From Perkinsus chesapeaki ATCC PRA-425 (Eukaryota; Protista; Perkinsozoa), in the NCBI GenBank assembly GCA_013115145.1, contig JAAPAO010000100.1, positions 1 to 64,000 of the forward strand: DNA of 64,000 nucleotides, in the 5' to 3' direction. This document shows positions 47,411 through 59,230 of this stretch, piece after piece (position 1 is the first letter of the stretch; each line of letters opens with the position of its first letter). The position numbers were made by a program, and so were the translations under genes. The notes beneath the pieces were generated by a model. The model was not told the origin of the DNA. It ran no database searches and worked only from the letters and a program-made list of their open reading frames with translations.

Positions 47411-49849
47411 ATGAAGTCTCTATGGCGGATGAGCCTCCAGAAGACGTTGCAGCAGCATCAGTCGTTGCGTTCCTTCTCCTCCTCCACCCCCTTCTCGTTG
47501 TCTAAACCTGTGGAGTTTTATGTCGACTCAATACCTCTGGGGGATCTATCTCTACCGACAGTATTTCCTATCACGTCATGACAGCCCCTTCGCCCGATGG
47601 AGCTCCTGTGATAACCCCGGATGCCAGTAGGAATAGATACTGCGGACGACGTAGGATAACGAATAATTCTGGTCAGCACCGTCTCCACGATCAAGCCCGA
47701 TGGAAAGGGCGACAGCACCGTTGGTCTCGACGTCCCTCCATGCGCAAGCTGGTCCTCTGATGATCGGTATTGCTGGCGGCACTGCCAGCGGTAAAACCGA
47801 AACAGCGATGGAGATAGCATCACAGCTTAACCTGCATGAGGACTTGGAGGTTAGCTCTGGCGCATTTGGGAAAGGAAGATGTGCTGTATTGGTAGGTAAT
47901 ACATCAGTCCTCTTTTTATAAAGATGCGAGGGCGTATCCAGAGGTTAACGATGAAAACTACAACTTCGACCATCCAGATGCGGTAGGGACTTCGGGAAGG
48001 CTGGCGAGGTGGAGGTGTGCGGCTGTTTAGTTCGATTATGATTTAATGATCCGGACGCTGGTGGATCTGAAGAAGGGCAAGAGCGTTTACATCCCTCATT
48101 ATGATATGAGAACGAGGCTACGAAATGACAAGTCGGTGGAGGAGGGGGGATTCGAACCTCTGCGGGAAATGGTGTGCTGGGTTCAGGGCTCGCAGAGTCT
48201 CGGGCGTCCACGTTGTTATTTTCGAGGGCATCTTTGCCATTTACTGGAAGGCCGTGAGGGACCTATTGGATCTAAGGCAGGCAGCAGCAGCTTCACCCGC
48301 TCTGATGTTCTTCCCACTTCCCTCTCTATCAGATTGTTCATCCACTGTGATGATGACACTCGGCTCTCGAGGCGCCTGGTTAGGGATGTTAAGGGGATGG
48401 GGGAGAGTGTCGAGTCTGTAATATCAAAGTAAGGAGGAGCAATGAGATAACTGGCGGAGAGCTGGACGGACGCGGCGACGGCGGCGCTTAGGTATCTGAG
48501 CACGATCAAGCTGTCTCACGAGCGATACCTGAAGCCGTGTATGAAATACGCCGATCTCATCATACCTGATGGCGTCGAGAACGTGATAGCACTGCAGGCA
48601 ATAGTACAGGTTATCAGACTGCAGCTGATGGCCAGGGGGCTACTCAGCTTCCATAGGACGCTGGCCGATGTGGTAATAAGTGGGGTCGTAAAGAAGAGGA
48701 CTCTCGTGGTGGTAGGCTTGAACGAGAGCTCCTCGGCGTTACAGTGCTGCCACGGGGGAGGGTAATACGAACTACTCCTGTTAGGGACCACATGACGACG
48801 AGCCACAGCTGATGATTCACGAGTTAAAGTCAAGTGACGAGGTGGCGTATATAACTCGGGTACTGAGAAAGCCTCGAGAGCTCCGCAGGGAGTCTCTGCT
48901 CTTCTATTGTGATCGTTTGAGCTATCTTATTGTGCGGTACATCGATGGCATTATGTTTGCTGGGGAGCCCCCTGCCCCTGATCACAGTGAGTCAGTGGTT
49001 TACGCCTCCCTTATCGGGTATGGTGATGTTATGGAGTCGGGCGTAAAGCAGCATGACAGGTAATAAACGAAGGGTAGCCATTGGTAGTTCCTTAACCCCT
49101 CTGTCTCAGGCTTTGCAGCTTCGGTAAGCTAACCGTGCCCCGCTCGCAGCTCACCGCTCGTCGTCACTTCCTTGCTTCGGGCACTCTAGCTCCACAGACT
49201 ACCTCACTTGGGGCGGCATCACCAATGTCGGCTTCTGGAAGCGACTGCAATGTGACCATTGGTATCACGCCAAAGTTTGCTGGTACGAAAAAATGCAGCT
49301 CGCGAGTATCTTGCATGCTTGACCTCAGATCCGCCGGCCCCTCTGCAGCTTCCTGGAGCAGCTATGTCATCAGCTAGCCCAATGTGTTCGCCAGTGGGCC
49401 GTAGTATCACTATTGATGGTTGTAGTAGTGTTGCTTCCAGTGCTCCGCTGGTTGAGGTGGTTTATCTTCCGGCTAGGGCACAGAGCAGTGTAAGTGGTCC
49501 TTGGACTTTCTTGCCACCATGGAACTTGTTTTAGATAGTTGTCGTATTGATGGCCGTGCTAGCTGACCAGGAACTGGCCATTGCCACTGTGAAGGCTTTG
49601 CAGGCACAAGGTGTGTCCCCGTCAAGGATCATTATCGCTTGCATGTTTGCGGATGCCGAGATGTGCAAGAGCACTCTCAGGGCCACTGGAGGCGCCGTGC
49701 AGGTAGGCATCACCGATTGGGCTTCATGCCCATCATGCCGCTGTTTTCATCAGGTTGTTGTTGGCAGCCTTGACGTCACTAACAACGTAGTAGAACTCAG
49801 AGGGCTTGAACGTGACTTGTGTACTCGTTACCTTGGTATGGCAGACTGA
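47411..49849 (+). CDS. Uridine/cytidine kinase fused to a UPRT-like domain
   Basis: IGIAGGTASGKT P-loop, NYNFDHPDA, VVIFEGIF, DTRLSRRLVRDV, KYADLIIP, then FYCDRLS and GVSPSRIII UPRT-like segments. Confidence 0.88.
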
Positions 49850-50021
49850 CTGAAGTTTCATCCCCCAATACAAATCGTGTCGCCCCCCTCCACCGTTGTA
49901 CTTCTTACTACAGTTTCTACCTCTATCTGCATGGCCTTGCGTAAGTGGTGACAGTGGCAGTTTTGGAGAGTTAGTTGGTGTTGCCGCGGTCCTTGGAGAC
50001 TGTGTTAAAGCGAACAGCAAA

Positions 50022-50289
50022 ATGATGGCCGCTAATCGACCCAAGGTCACTAGGAACGTAACCGTCTGCACCATGATGCCTCTACGACGGTGCATAGAGA
50101 ACCATATGGGCGACATTTCCCAGTGTGTGAAAGAGGTAGGTTGTGGGCCCCGTGGCGGCTCTTCCCGACGGCCATGGTCAGGTACGAGACTTCGAGAGGA
50201 CGTGCAATAAGCGGAAGCATTATGTTCATGATCGTGATGGCCTTGATGACTGTCGAAGTGGCCTTTACGGGTCTAAACAGACTGTATGA
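50022..50289 (+). CDS. Small four-Cys protein, CHCH/twin-CX9C-like
   Basis: Spliced (intron about 50138-50180) MMAANRPKVTRNVTVCTMMPLRRCIENHMGDISQCVKEVRDFERTCNKRKHYV. Cys spacing is 7/10/10. Confidence 0.5.
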
Positions 50290-50397
50290 TTATATCATCT
50301 TAGCGAATCAGTTTACAGAGAGTTGAAGTTTTTGGAAGCCGCCTCAGATTTGGGTTGAAGTGTTAGGCAGGTGGTGGGTCCGTGGTAGTTCATAGAG

Positions 50398-50706
50398 GTG
50401 TGCACGATGGCGAATCTTGGCGATGTGAAAAACCGAATACCCTCCGATGGTCCTACGGTCAGCCCTCGTATTGATTTCGCAGAAATTAGAGCAAATGTAG
50501 GAGGTCGGGGTGATTCCTTACCTTCAAGGTGGTATCAGGCAACACTGTTCTGGACCCAACTTCAAGTAGAGTGTGGGCGAATAGATCCCCGCGGGAAGCT
50601 CTTCAAGGAGTATCGAGCGTCCCACCGTGACATGTTCCGCCGACTGAATCTAGAGGAGCTGGAGGAGCTTGTTCTAGAAGCCACTAAGCTCATTGCACAG
50701 TATTGA
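50398..50706 (+). CDS. Hypothetical protein
   Basis: 102-aa ORF filling the gap between co-oriented genes. No recognised domain. Confidence 0.4.
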   Translation: MCTMANLGDVKNRIPSDGPTVSPRIDFAEIRANVGGRGDSLPSRWYQATLFWTQLQVECGRIDPRGKLFKEYRASHRDMFRRLNLEELEELVLEATKLIAQY

Positions 50707-50763
50707 CAATACCAATGGAGCTTGTGTTGTAACTCTGTTAAACTGAAGTGAAGTTGTGTATAA

Positions 50764-52113
50764 ATGAAGACCCTTCCTGAAGTGCCCTCCTCCCCCTCTC
50801 CTTGTCGAAGGTACTTCATAGCCTTCACAACGTCTCTAATCGCTAGCTACCTTTATCTGTACTTCACCGGACCTGCTCTCGGCCCAGAATTGGTACCGTG
50901 GCCACGGTCGTTTATTACTGGACTTGACATGTGGAAATCTAGTACGGCAGCAGCTACCCCCTTGTGCTCTAATACTTCGGAGTTCATTCTTAGTGATGAT
51001 GAAGTGAACAAGTTTGAAGGTGCGTATGGCAGGCCCTATGTTATCGACCTTGGTTTCGCGCACGGTCTCGGCCACAAGCTGGAGCTGCAAATGCTTGCAA
51101 TGGTTGCCGGTCTTCGGGGGCAAGGCATGTTTTCCGGTGCATTATGGACCACTACGAATGGGAGCGGTGACCACAGTGATATGATGTCGGCTGCACCTCT
51201 CCTTGGCCAGCTATGGGGTGGCAATATTTCGGACGAGGCATCGCTTCGGTTGAAAGGCGCTGTAAGGATATCACCGATAGATGGAGGCTCCTGTCCCCGA
51301 AGAAATCCTGGTCAGCAAATCCAGAGTGAAGACAGCAGCATCAGGGGCATTACACTTGATGAGATGGCCGACTATTTAAAGGAAGGCCCGTTGGCCATTG
51401 TTTGCCCATGGTTCGATAAACGTGCGGGAGAATTTCCCTCCACAGCTGAGACCCTGCTGGTGCGACACTGGCTCCGCTCGCGCATTGTCAAAGTGGGCAG
51501 AGGGCTCACCTTTTTCGAATCTGCTAAGCGGGAGCTTCTCGTAGCCATTCATATAAGGCGCGGCGACCTTCTTGTTAGACAGCAGCATCGCATGACTCGG
51601 AACCGCTTCTTTGCCAACACAGCAGCGCATGTTCTCAGTGAACTAGCATCCAACAGCTCCGCACAGGTTGTGGTGGTCAGCGAGACATGGAAGGAAGGAG
51701 GTCATGAGTGCAGCCTTCAGAGGAAGCTCTGCAACCACTTGGGCCAGTCTGTAGATTTCGAGGACTCCCTCCGGAAGCAGATAGCCGCTCTTGGCAAGGA
51801 GTACGGCAACTGGCGAGTAAAGGTCAAACTGGATGCGAACACAGCACGTTCCTTCATCACTCTCGTAGCGGCTGATATAGCTGTCCTATCGAGCAGTGGC
51901 TATAGTGCATGGGCCGGCCTGCTAAGCACCGGTATCACCATTTACCCTTACAACGCCAAGTCCCAGAGTGTCATGCGCAGGATGCAGACCGATGCTATTT
52001 CTTCTATCCCAGTTAATTCCTCTGAGGCGTGGGACGGTGATGCTCTCGTGCGTGAATGGTCTTGGTATCGGAAATGCCCGGCGAGATTGCAAATTCGAGA
52101 GGCAATTATTTGA
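50764..52113 (+). CDS. Type II membrane glycosyltransferase, fucosyltransferase-like (GT11/GT23-style motif), intronless
   Basis: N-terminal TM anchor, VAIHIRRGD motif, VVVVSE, and LVAADIAVLSSSGYSAWAGLL C-terminal motif. Confidence 0.7.
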   Translation: MKTLPEVPSSPSPCRRYFIAFTTSLIASYLYLYFTGPALGPELVPWPRSFITGLDMWKSSTAAATPLCSNTSEFILSDDEVNKFEGAYGRPYVIDLGFAHGLGHKLELQMLAMVAGLRGQGMFSGALWTTTNGSGDHSDMMSAAPLLGQLWGGNISDEASLRLKGAVRISPIDGGSCPRRNPGQQIQSEDSSIRGITLDEMADYLKEGPLAIVCPWFDKRAGEFPSTAETLLVRHWLRSRIVKVGRGLTFFESAKRELLVAIHIRRGDLLVRQQHRMTRNRFFANTAAHVLSELASNSSAQVVVVSETWKEGGHECSLQRKLCNHLGQSVDFEDSLRKQIAALGKEYGNWRVKVKLDANTARSFITLVAADIAVLSSSGYSAWAGLLSTGITIYPYNAKSQSVMRRMQTDAISSIPVNSSEAWDGDALVREWSWYRKCPARLQIREAII

Positions 52114-54390
52114 TGAGACATGTATGATTTGGCATGCTCCCATCATTGACTTTCGTTGACAAATCTAAGACTTGCGTGTCGAGTGATAACGCCGCAGCAC
52201 GATGTACAATCGCGTTATGTACTTGCATGTCACATAGTGATAGTGGGTGTGTAGTAAACACTGTGTACGGTTACCATACTATTGTAAGCTTTCCCGTCTG
52301 GGCTCTACTGAATAGAGTCTACTTGGAAAGCACCCGGCTGTGTGATAGATTCTCCAGAGATACATTTCGTAGAGATAGATTCTCCTCTGGCACCATCTTA
52401 ACTCGAAGCTCAGAAGAATTGGGCATTGATTATTATATAAGTGATAATGTTAATAATATGAGCGGGAGTAAAACAGCTGATAAGATATTTGTAAATGTGT
52501 GCATCTTGTTCGCTTCTTCCGTTCCGTGTATCTACTAGATACTATCTAGGCTAGTGTATCTTGGATCATTGATTCAAGATACACTGGCCTGGATAGTTAC
52601 CAGTCTAGCCTTAGTAACTAGCCTAGTGATTCAGAATCAACCCGATCTTCTAGTTGTTACTGAACCGCACAGGCTGCTGCGGAATCTAACTTGCTTACTT
52701 GTAATTGCCCGCACTTCCCATAACAGGAATCCCATTGTAGCTATTAGCTACTAGCTGAGGGGCGCGCAACTTGCGTGACGCATGTACATATATTAGTTGG
52801 TTGAATAGGTCAATCACAAATATTTCTAGTATGACAGCAGACAATGAAAAAAGCTACTAGACGTACGGTAGTCAAGTAAAGCACACAAGAGAGATACTAG
52901 CGCACGAGATGAACAAACTGCTGAGAGCGATGAATCAATTGAGCGAGCGAGATATTTCATACGATATGTAGCGCGCATACACTACTGTACAGTATTAGTT
53001 ACTCTGTCTCACAGTCTGCTACTAACAGACTGATTTGTGACTAATTCACGGTATTATGTAATTAGGCTAGTATTATCAGCCTATAGGCTACAGCCTATCA
53101 GCCTATTTACTTAGGCTACAGTAATTACTCGCAGTATTATCACAACTAATTATTGGCTACTAGTACATATCCCTCAGTAAATTTTCAATTATGGGGAAGT
53201 CAGCAGTCTCACGAGTCGCAAGATTATAGGTAATCTTGAGTCAAGATTCTTGACCCAAAACCGCTTGGCGAAAAGGCTTATGTGCTCCTTATCGTGCGAA
53301 TATCCACGTGGCCCATTCAGAGTGTGCTTGCCAACGAGTGCAGCTATCTCATGCAGTTTGCACGACACCTCCTGTCCCTTAGACCATGATGTGTACGTAC
53401 CATTGACTGTCCGCAACCTAAAGCGGTGGTTTTTTTCTGTATGGCGTGCGGGGGAGGTCGAGTGCGAGTGCGTTTTGCCCCATGAACCCCTTCAACTGTC
53501 GCGTCCACGAGTGATAGCGGATAAGCCCGCGCGTACGTGTGCTTTCGCCATAGGCATAAATTACGAGGAGGGATGAGGTTCCATACTAAATATGGGCAAG
53601 TCTTGCCCTAGCGGTGTGCTGGCTGATACTCGCTTTCAGCTCGGTGATTGTCGCGCTCCTTGACCGTCGCGCGACAGTTGTTCATCTTGCTGGGGTTGGT
53701 GGGTGCTGCTATTCAATTGCGAGGGGGTCCGCGCACCCCACGTTGTGGGGGCCCCGCCCGGACCCTTCTGAGTTAGGATCGAACCTGCGACCTGCGCGAA
53801 AATTGCGGTATGGCGGATTGCGCCTTCCACCGAGTGTGCCCGGTTTAAACTCTGTATCCGCTTCCCTCATTGGAAAGCAATCCCAGTGAAACACCGGGAA
53901 CGCACAATATCAGTTCCCATAATGGGACCTGGTTCGTGGCGCTTTTCATGCGAATTAGCAGAGTGCGCACGCGTACGGTGCGAGTCGCAATAGAAAATTC
54001 ATTGAAATATTTTATCCGTACTGTTGGTGAGAAGTTAGCTTCACCTACGCTTTATTACTTGTCTCCGATGCCTCGAGCTATTGTACCTTGAAGCTGTATT
54101 GCCCGCCTGCTTATCGTTACTTTGTATAAAGCCTAGAGATTGTATTAGTAATACAGTATTACCAGAGTCGCCCGTTGTCTACCGGCAGTATCAATCACGA
54201 CTATGCCCACAGAATGCATCGCGCAACATTACCCCGTTATTCCAAACATCAGACTCGGACTGTGATTTATCAGTGAAGAGTTAGACTTTCGATTTCTTTC
54301 TGAATAAATAGTCTAAATTGGCGCTAAGATCAGCATTCGCATACAGCCCCTGGAGCGACCTAACGAGCATCTGAGCAGCTTAGCGCGCCC

Positions 54391-54424
54391 TTTTAGTTCT
54401 TTCTTCGTTTCCCTCGTGGCTTAG
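54391..54424 (+). promoter_or_regulatory. Candidate trans-splice acceptor of beta-galactosidase 1
   Basis: Long polypyrimidine tract TTTTAGTTCTTTCTTCGTTTCCCTCGTGGCTTAG abuts the ATG at 54425. Confidence 0.45.
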
Positions 54425-56755
54425 ATGGTTACGTCTCTTTTTTGGCCGGTTGTTTACGTAGCCTCTGTGATGGAAGCAATTGCGTGTGCGAAACTAGGGT
54501 CTGTTGGAGCTCCTCAGCAGTTGGTTCGCTACTCGCAAGTGAAGGGAAGGCCCTACGTGGTGTCTTACGATTCCCGGGCCTTCCTCATCGATGATAACCG
54601 AACCTTGCTGCTTGGAGGCTCAGTTCACTACCCTAGGCTTGCCCCAGAAGAATGGGGTCCAATATTGAAGAACATGGCTCTTGATGGGTTGAACCATGTC
54701 CAAATTTATGTTTTCTGGAACGTCCATGAGCCAAATCCTCCCAAGTACGATGCAGCCTCTAAGACTTATGCGCATTCCTACGATCTTGGTGGGAGAGCTG
54801 ATTTGGTTAAGTTCATCAAATTGGCGGGCGAGAATGATTTATTTGTTAATGTTCGTATTGGACCTTATGTCTGTGCCGAGTTTACCTTTGGTGGCATCCC
54901 TGTCTGGACCAAGGACATCCCTGGCATGTGTTACAGGTCTATTTGTGGATGGCATTCTGGAGCTCCTGAAACCTGCGAGCCTTGGAAGACTGGTACCACA
55001 GCTGGATGCGATCCCTGGAGGCAGCAGATGGCCGACTTTACTCTCTTCATTGTCGATCTTATCAATAAGAATGACCTTAGTGCTGAGCAAGGTGGCCCTG
55101 TGATTATGGCACAGATCGAAAATGAGTATCATTATCACGAACCTGTTGGAGATGCCTATATCGCGTGGTGTGGCGATTTGGCTACGAATAGCACCTTAAA
55201 TGTCCCTTGGGTTATGTGCAACGGCATGTCTGCTAAAGGCACGCTAAATGTGTGTAATGATGACGACTGCGAAGATTTCGTTGGGTGGCATGACAGCCAA
55301 TGGCCTAATGAACCTCTTGGGTGGACTGAGGACGAAGGCTGGTTCATCACTTGGGACCCCTATTACTATCTAGCAAACTACAATAGACCACCAGAAGAAA
55401 TGGCTTATGTTGTGGCGAAGTGGGTAGCTATTGGTGGTAGTCATCATAACTATTATATGTGGTATGGTGGTAATCATATTGGTCAATGGGGTGCTGCTTC
55501 TCTCACTAACGCTTATGCTCAAGGGGTCAATGTACTTCCAAGCGGTCTTCCTCATGAACCCAAGAAGTCTCATTTGGCAAAACTTCATAAAGTGCTTGGG
55601 GCACTTAACGGAGAACTCATGAGCGTTGTGGATCGTAAGACGATCAAACCTCAAAATCTGACTGGTGGCGTGAAAATCTATCAGTGGACAGATACACTTG
55701 GCTTCTTGCACCGTCCAGCTTGCCAAGGTTATCCGGAGTATATCACCTTCAAGGGGATAAAATACATGATATCATGTCAAGAGGTTCTGATCGTCAATCC
55801 CCAGTCGGGAACGGTTTATTACGCGAGTGCCCAAGTCCCCGCTGGAGGATCCATAGTAAACAATGTTATTGCGACCCTTGATACAGTGAGCTCCGCGCCA
55901 GAGAAGTTCTCAAAGGGTATGGGCATTCGTAACAGCTCCTATCCTATCGATCAGCTCAGTATCACTGGACTAGATACTGACTATGTCTTATACATGACAT
56001 CTTTTATCAGTCCATCCAAAGTTCCTCTAGAATTGGCTATAAAGTCAAGCTGGTCACAGGCTTTCTATATATCAATAGACGGAGGCAGATCCTTCCCCAC
56101 GACATTGCTCAACATCGACAAAGGCAGCTACGAATGGGTCGCGAAAGCAACATTAACAGGAATTGAGGCTGGCCAGCGCTATGCTCTACACATTCTCTCT
56201 GAAAGCCTGGGCATAGAGAATGGCAATGTCGAGTCTGGTCTAGCCTCAATGGAGCCAGCGCTGAATAAAGGTATATTCGGCGACGTAACAGTTGGTGGTA
56301 GGTCGATATATGAAGGCGAATGGACTATGGTTAAAGGTCTCGATGGTGAGGTCTCAAATGGGACCGAACCCTTTGATACAGCAGGTACGGCTGTCGGTGC
56401 CACTAGTGCCAACGTTCCCACATGGTTCTACTCCGAGTTTGACTTGCCTCCGGCTAAACCTTCTGATTGGGGCGTGAGGTCTGTATCTTTGAGGATTCCC
56501 AAGGGGCTCCCTAACAATGCCGGTGGCCATATCTGGTTGAACGGTAAGAATATTGGAAGATGGCGAGCGACCTTCCAGCCGAGGACCGGAGATTATGTCC
56601 AACCCGAGTACAGACTGCCAGCTGATGCTTTATTTATTGGTAAGAACAAGTTGGCCGTCTTTAGCGCCACTGGAGACTGGGTATCATCTGCTATACGACC
56701 AGCAGAGATAATTGAGAGCTTCTACGTTCCGGTTAGGCATGTTAAACATCATTAA
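54425..56755 (+). CDS. Beta-galactosidase (GH35), secreted, intronless, copy 1
   Basis: GSVHYPR, YVFWNVHEP, RIGPYVCAE, AQIENEY (acid/base), WTEDEGWF (nucleophile) and NYYMWYGG motifs, plus a signal-like N-terminus. Confidence 0.93.
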   Translation: MVTSLFWPVVYVASVMEAIACAKLGSVGAPQQLVRYSQVKGRPYVVSYDSRAFLIDDNRTLLLGGSVHYPRLAPEEWGPILKNMALDGLNHVQIYVFWNVHEPNPPKYDAASKTYAHSYDLGGRADLVKFIKLAGENDLFVNVRIGPYVCAEFTFGGIPVWTKDIPGMCYRSICGWHSGAPETCEPWKTGTTAGCDPWRQQMADFTLFIVDLINKNDLSAEQGGPVIMAQIENEYHYHEPVGDAYIAWCGDLATNSTLNVPWVMCNGMSAKGTLNVCNDDDCEDFVGWHDSQWPNEPLGWTEDEGWFITWDPYYYLANYNRPPEEMAYVVAKWVAIGGSHHNYYMWYGGNHIGQWGAASLTNAYAQGVNVLPSGLPHEPKKSHLAKLHKVLGALNGELMSVVDRKTIKPQNLTGGVKIYQWTDTLGFLHRPACQGYPEYITFKGIKYMISCQEVLIVNPQSGTVYYASAQVPAGGSIVNNVIATLDTVSSAPEKFSKGMGIRNSSYPIDQLSITGLDTDYVLYMTSFISPSKVPLELAIKSSWSQAFYISIDGGRSFPTTLLNIDKGSYEWVAKATLTGIEAGQRYALHILSESLGIENGNVESGLASMEPALNKGIFGDVTVGGRSIYEGEWTMVKGLDGEVSNGTEPFDTAGTAVGATSANVPTWFYSEFDLPPAKPSDWGVRSVSLRIPKGLPNNAGGHIWLNGKNIGRWRATFQPRTGDYVQPEYRLPADALFIGKNKLAVFSATGDWVSSAIRPAEIIESFYVPVRHVKHH

Positions 56756-57714
56756 GAATCTCGTCATGGTATTTATAGTCCGACCTTATTCGTCATTCTC
56801 AATTTTCGGTCTGGCCCTTACCGGGTTATAAGCCTGTATGAAATTCGTGGCGGTAATCAGTATTGTATCTGGTGGTATTCGAGCTCCGTCCTACGTTGGG
56901 TTGGATGCTCGAATCGCTGTCAATCGGCATGAGTAAACGGTTTATAACCGGCCTGGTTAAACAACTAAGCTTATTTGATCGTCGCATCTCTTTGATTAGC
57001 CCTTTCTACGGAAGTCAATGCGATGCGTTAAGTCCAGGGGATCGGAACAACGGCAGTCGTATATTGTCGACATTACGGTAGAATCGATCTGTTGTACGAG
57101 GAGACTTCCTGTCGTCCGGTTCCTCCAAACAGGAGACTTCGATATATGATCGGGGTGCTGTGTGGAGGCTTCTTGTACGATCCTATTCACGACCAATCCC
57201 TCAGCTCACAGCCCTATCTTCTCCGTGTTGTGGGCGAACAGACAAGGAAAAGGGAGCTCGAGAACATCAACAAGTCTCGCTCGGCCAACCACGCTGTATC
57301 TACAGTTCGATCTAAATATAGGGACTATATCTCCGGGATATCCAGCGACCCAAGCCGCTGCATCACTCCGAGGAATACACTGGCTTGGATTATTCTCGTC
57401 TGCACGCGAAAGTAGGATCTCCGTCATGGTTTGCTATGATCACACTTGGATCTGTAACCCTTGCCATGGCGATGCTTGCAGCCTCTGATTTAGGAGGCTT
57501 GCCAGTGGCAAGTGGCCACTGGAAGATTTTTCTTAACTGCGCAAGGCTTAAATAATCGAATTTCGAGTTTGACTGTCACAAAGTAGAGTACGCATTGCGC
57601 CTTGAGAAAGACCGAGTCCGTGGCGATTACAGCGAGTAAGAACTATACCACCTCCTGAAGGTGACCTTCATGGACATCTGGTAGATATGAACGATACTTG
57701 GTCGAGAGTGAACT

Positions 57715-57868
57715 CCGCTCTTGGCCAGGAGTACGGCGACTGGCGACAGTGCAGTGGCTGATATAGCTTTTCTATCGAGCAGTGGCTATAGTGCATGCGC
57801 CGGCCTGCTAAGCTCCGGTACCAGTGGTACCGTACCACCATTTACCCTTAAAACGTCCTAGAGTGTCA
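57715..57868 (+). pseudogene. Decayed fragment of the neighbouring glycosyltransferase gene
   Basis: Matches about 51785-51973 (GAGTACGGC.ACTGGCGA; GGCTGATATAGCT..TCGAGCAGTGGCTATAGTGCAT; CCATTTACCCTTA) with an internal deletion and a 14-nt insertion. Confidence 0.85.
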
Positions 57869-59230
57869 AGCACCTGTTTGTAGCCTACGTGCGCGCTAAC
57901 TCTCACGCATACAAATCGTACCTATCGTCTAAACAGAGGAGTAACAGAACAGACCAATCTAACAGTCTGTTAGATTAGTAGAAGAGCTCTTGAAGAGAAA
58001 AAATAATTTCAACTAGTGGAGATGTCGGTAATTCTGATATCGTCACCGCAACGTAAGAGCAATGTAATAATACGAGGCAATGAACATATAACAGTCAACA
58101 AACAGTCTTCATTCTGAGGAAGCCTTCTCACGACTCTAAAGGGTATTGATATAGCGAAAACTGCGCGCGTGCTTCCACCATGTGCGTTAACTGACATGAA
58201 GGACGAGTTTTCATATCCTTACTTAACTAACCACGTCGGATTTACCTCTGCATCGCCCCCTTAATCAAGAACACACAATGTCAGCTCCTATAATGGGACC
58301 AACGAAGACCGCAAATGGAGCGTCTTTTACAGTGCAACAGCGACCGAGGGTGCTCCTCGATAGCGACTCCGAACATCCTCACTTCATGGGGCCCCTGTCC
58401 GGACTGGACCTGGCAAATAGCTCCGGGGTGACTGAGCATCAAATCAAGCTGTCGAAAGCGCCGACTCGACACCGTAATGAGCAGCCTCAGATCTACGTTT
58501 GCGTGCCCACAACCAGCGGCTGGGGCTAGCATCATGTAACATGATACATGTTTCGGTATTCGACCACTCAAGTCCGGAGGAGACAGCATGGTTTACTCAT
58601 TTATTGCACGAAGTTCGCACAACTGACCAGGAGGTTGGAGCTCCAACAGTACGCAATGTCCCGACACTGATCAGCATATGAACGTCAGACTGGTAAACTC
58701 GCTAGTTACGGACCATACACTGCAGGTGAGACCATTCTGCTGCTAGAGCAAGAATCCACGGTCTGCTGTGGCGTGTGCGTGTTGACACTGCATGGCGCCA
58801 AAATAGTGGTATCTTGGCGCTTTTTGTGAATCGCCTCCTGGTTACCTCCGCCTGGAATAATTTTACAACGACATATGGTAGCTACTACTGTATTGCGTAA
58901 ACTCGAGGAGATTTTCACGGTGATTTCTTAAGTCGACACGTAAGTCCCCTCTTATCAGCGGTCGACGGTTCCCTACGCGTACAGAGTGGAGGCGCCCTCT
59001 CGGGCCCCCGAGCGCCCGAAGGCGCCACGGCCTAGCCTAGAGGTTTTGGCATAGCAGGAAGCCGGGCATTTAGTTCATCAGGCACACGCGTAGACGAGGA
59101 TCTTACACTCATCTGTCCTCTTCTCGATCATCTGCAGGAAAATCCATCCATGTTCCGGAGCAGCATGATTGACGACCTAGCGAGTTCCTCAGAATCCTGT
59201 TTTGCTCTCAGCTTTCTTATTATTTCATTC

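Noticed and set aside
48132-48186. Antisense match to a tRNA 3' end (GGTTCGAATCCCCCCTCCTCCACC) inside a 55-nt intron of the kinase gene
   Set aside because: The T-stem pairs poorly and there is no 5' half. Treated as coincidence unless tRNAscan or a SINE search says otherwise.
53060-53165. AGCCTA/TAGGCT low-complexity patch
   Set aside because: Short, degenerate and self-similar. Possibly related to the palindrome process, but arms are 6 bp or less and not distinguishable from chance.
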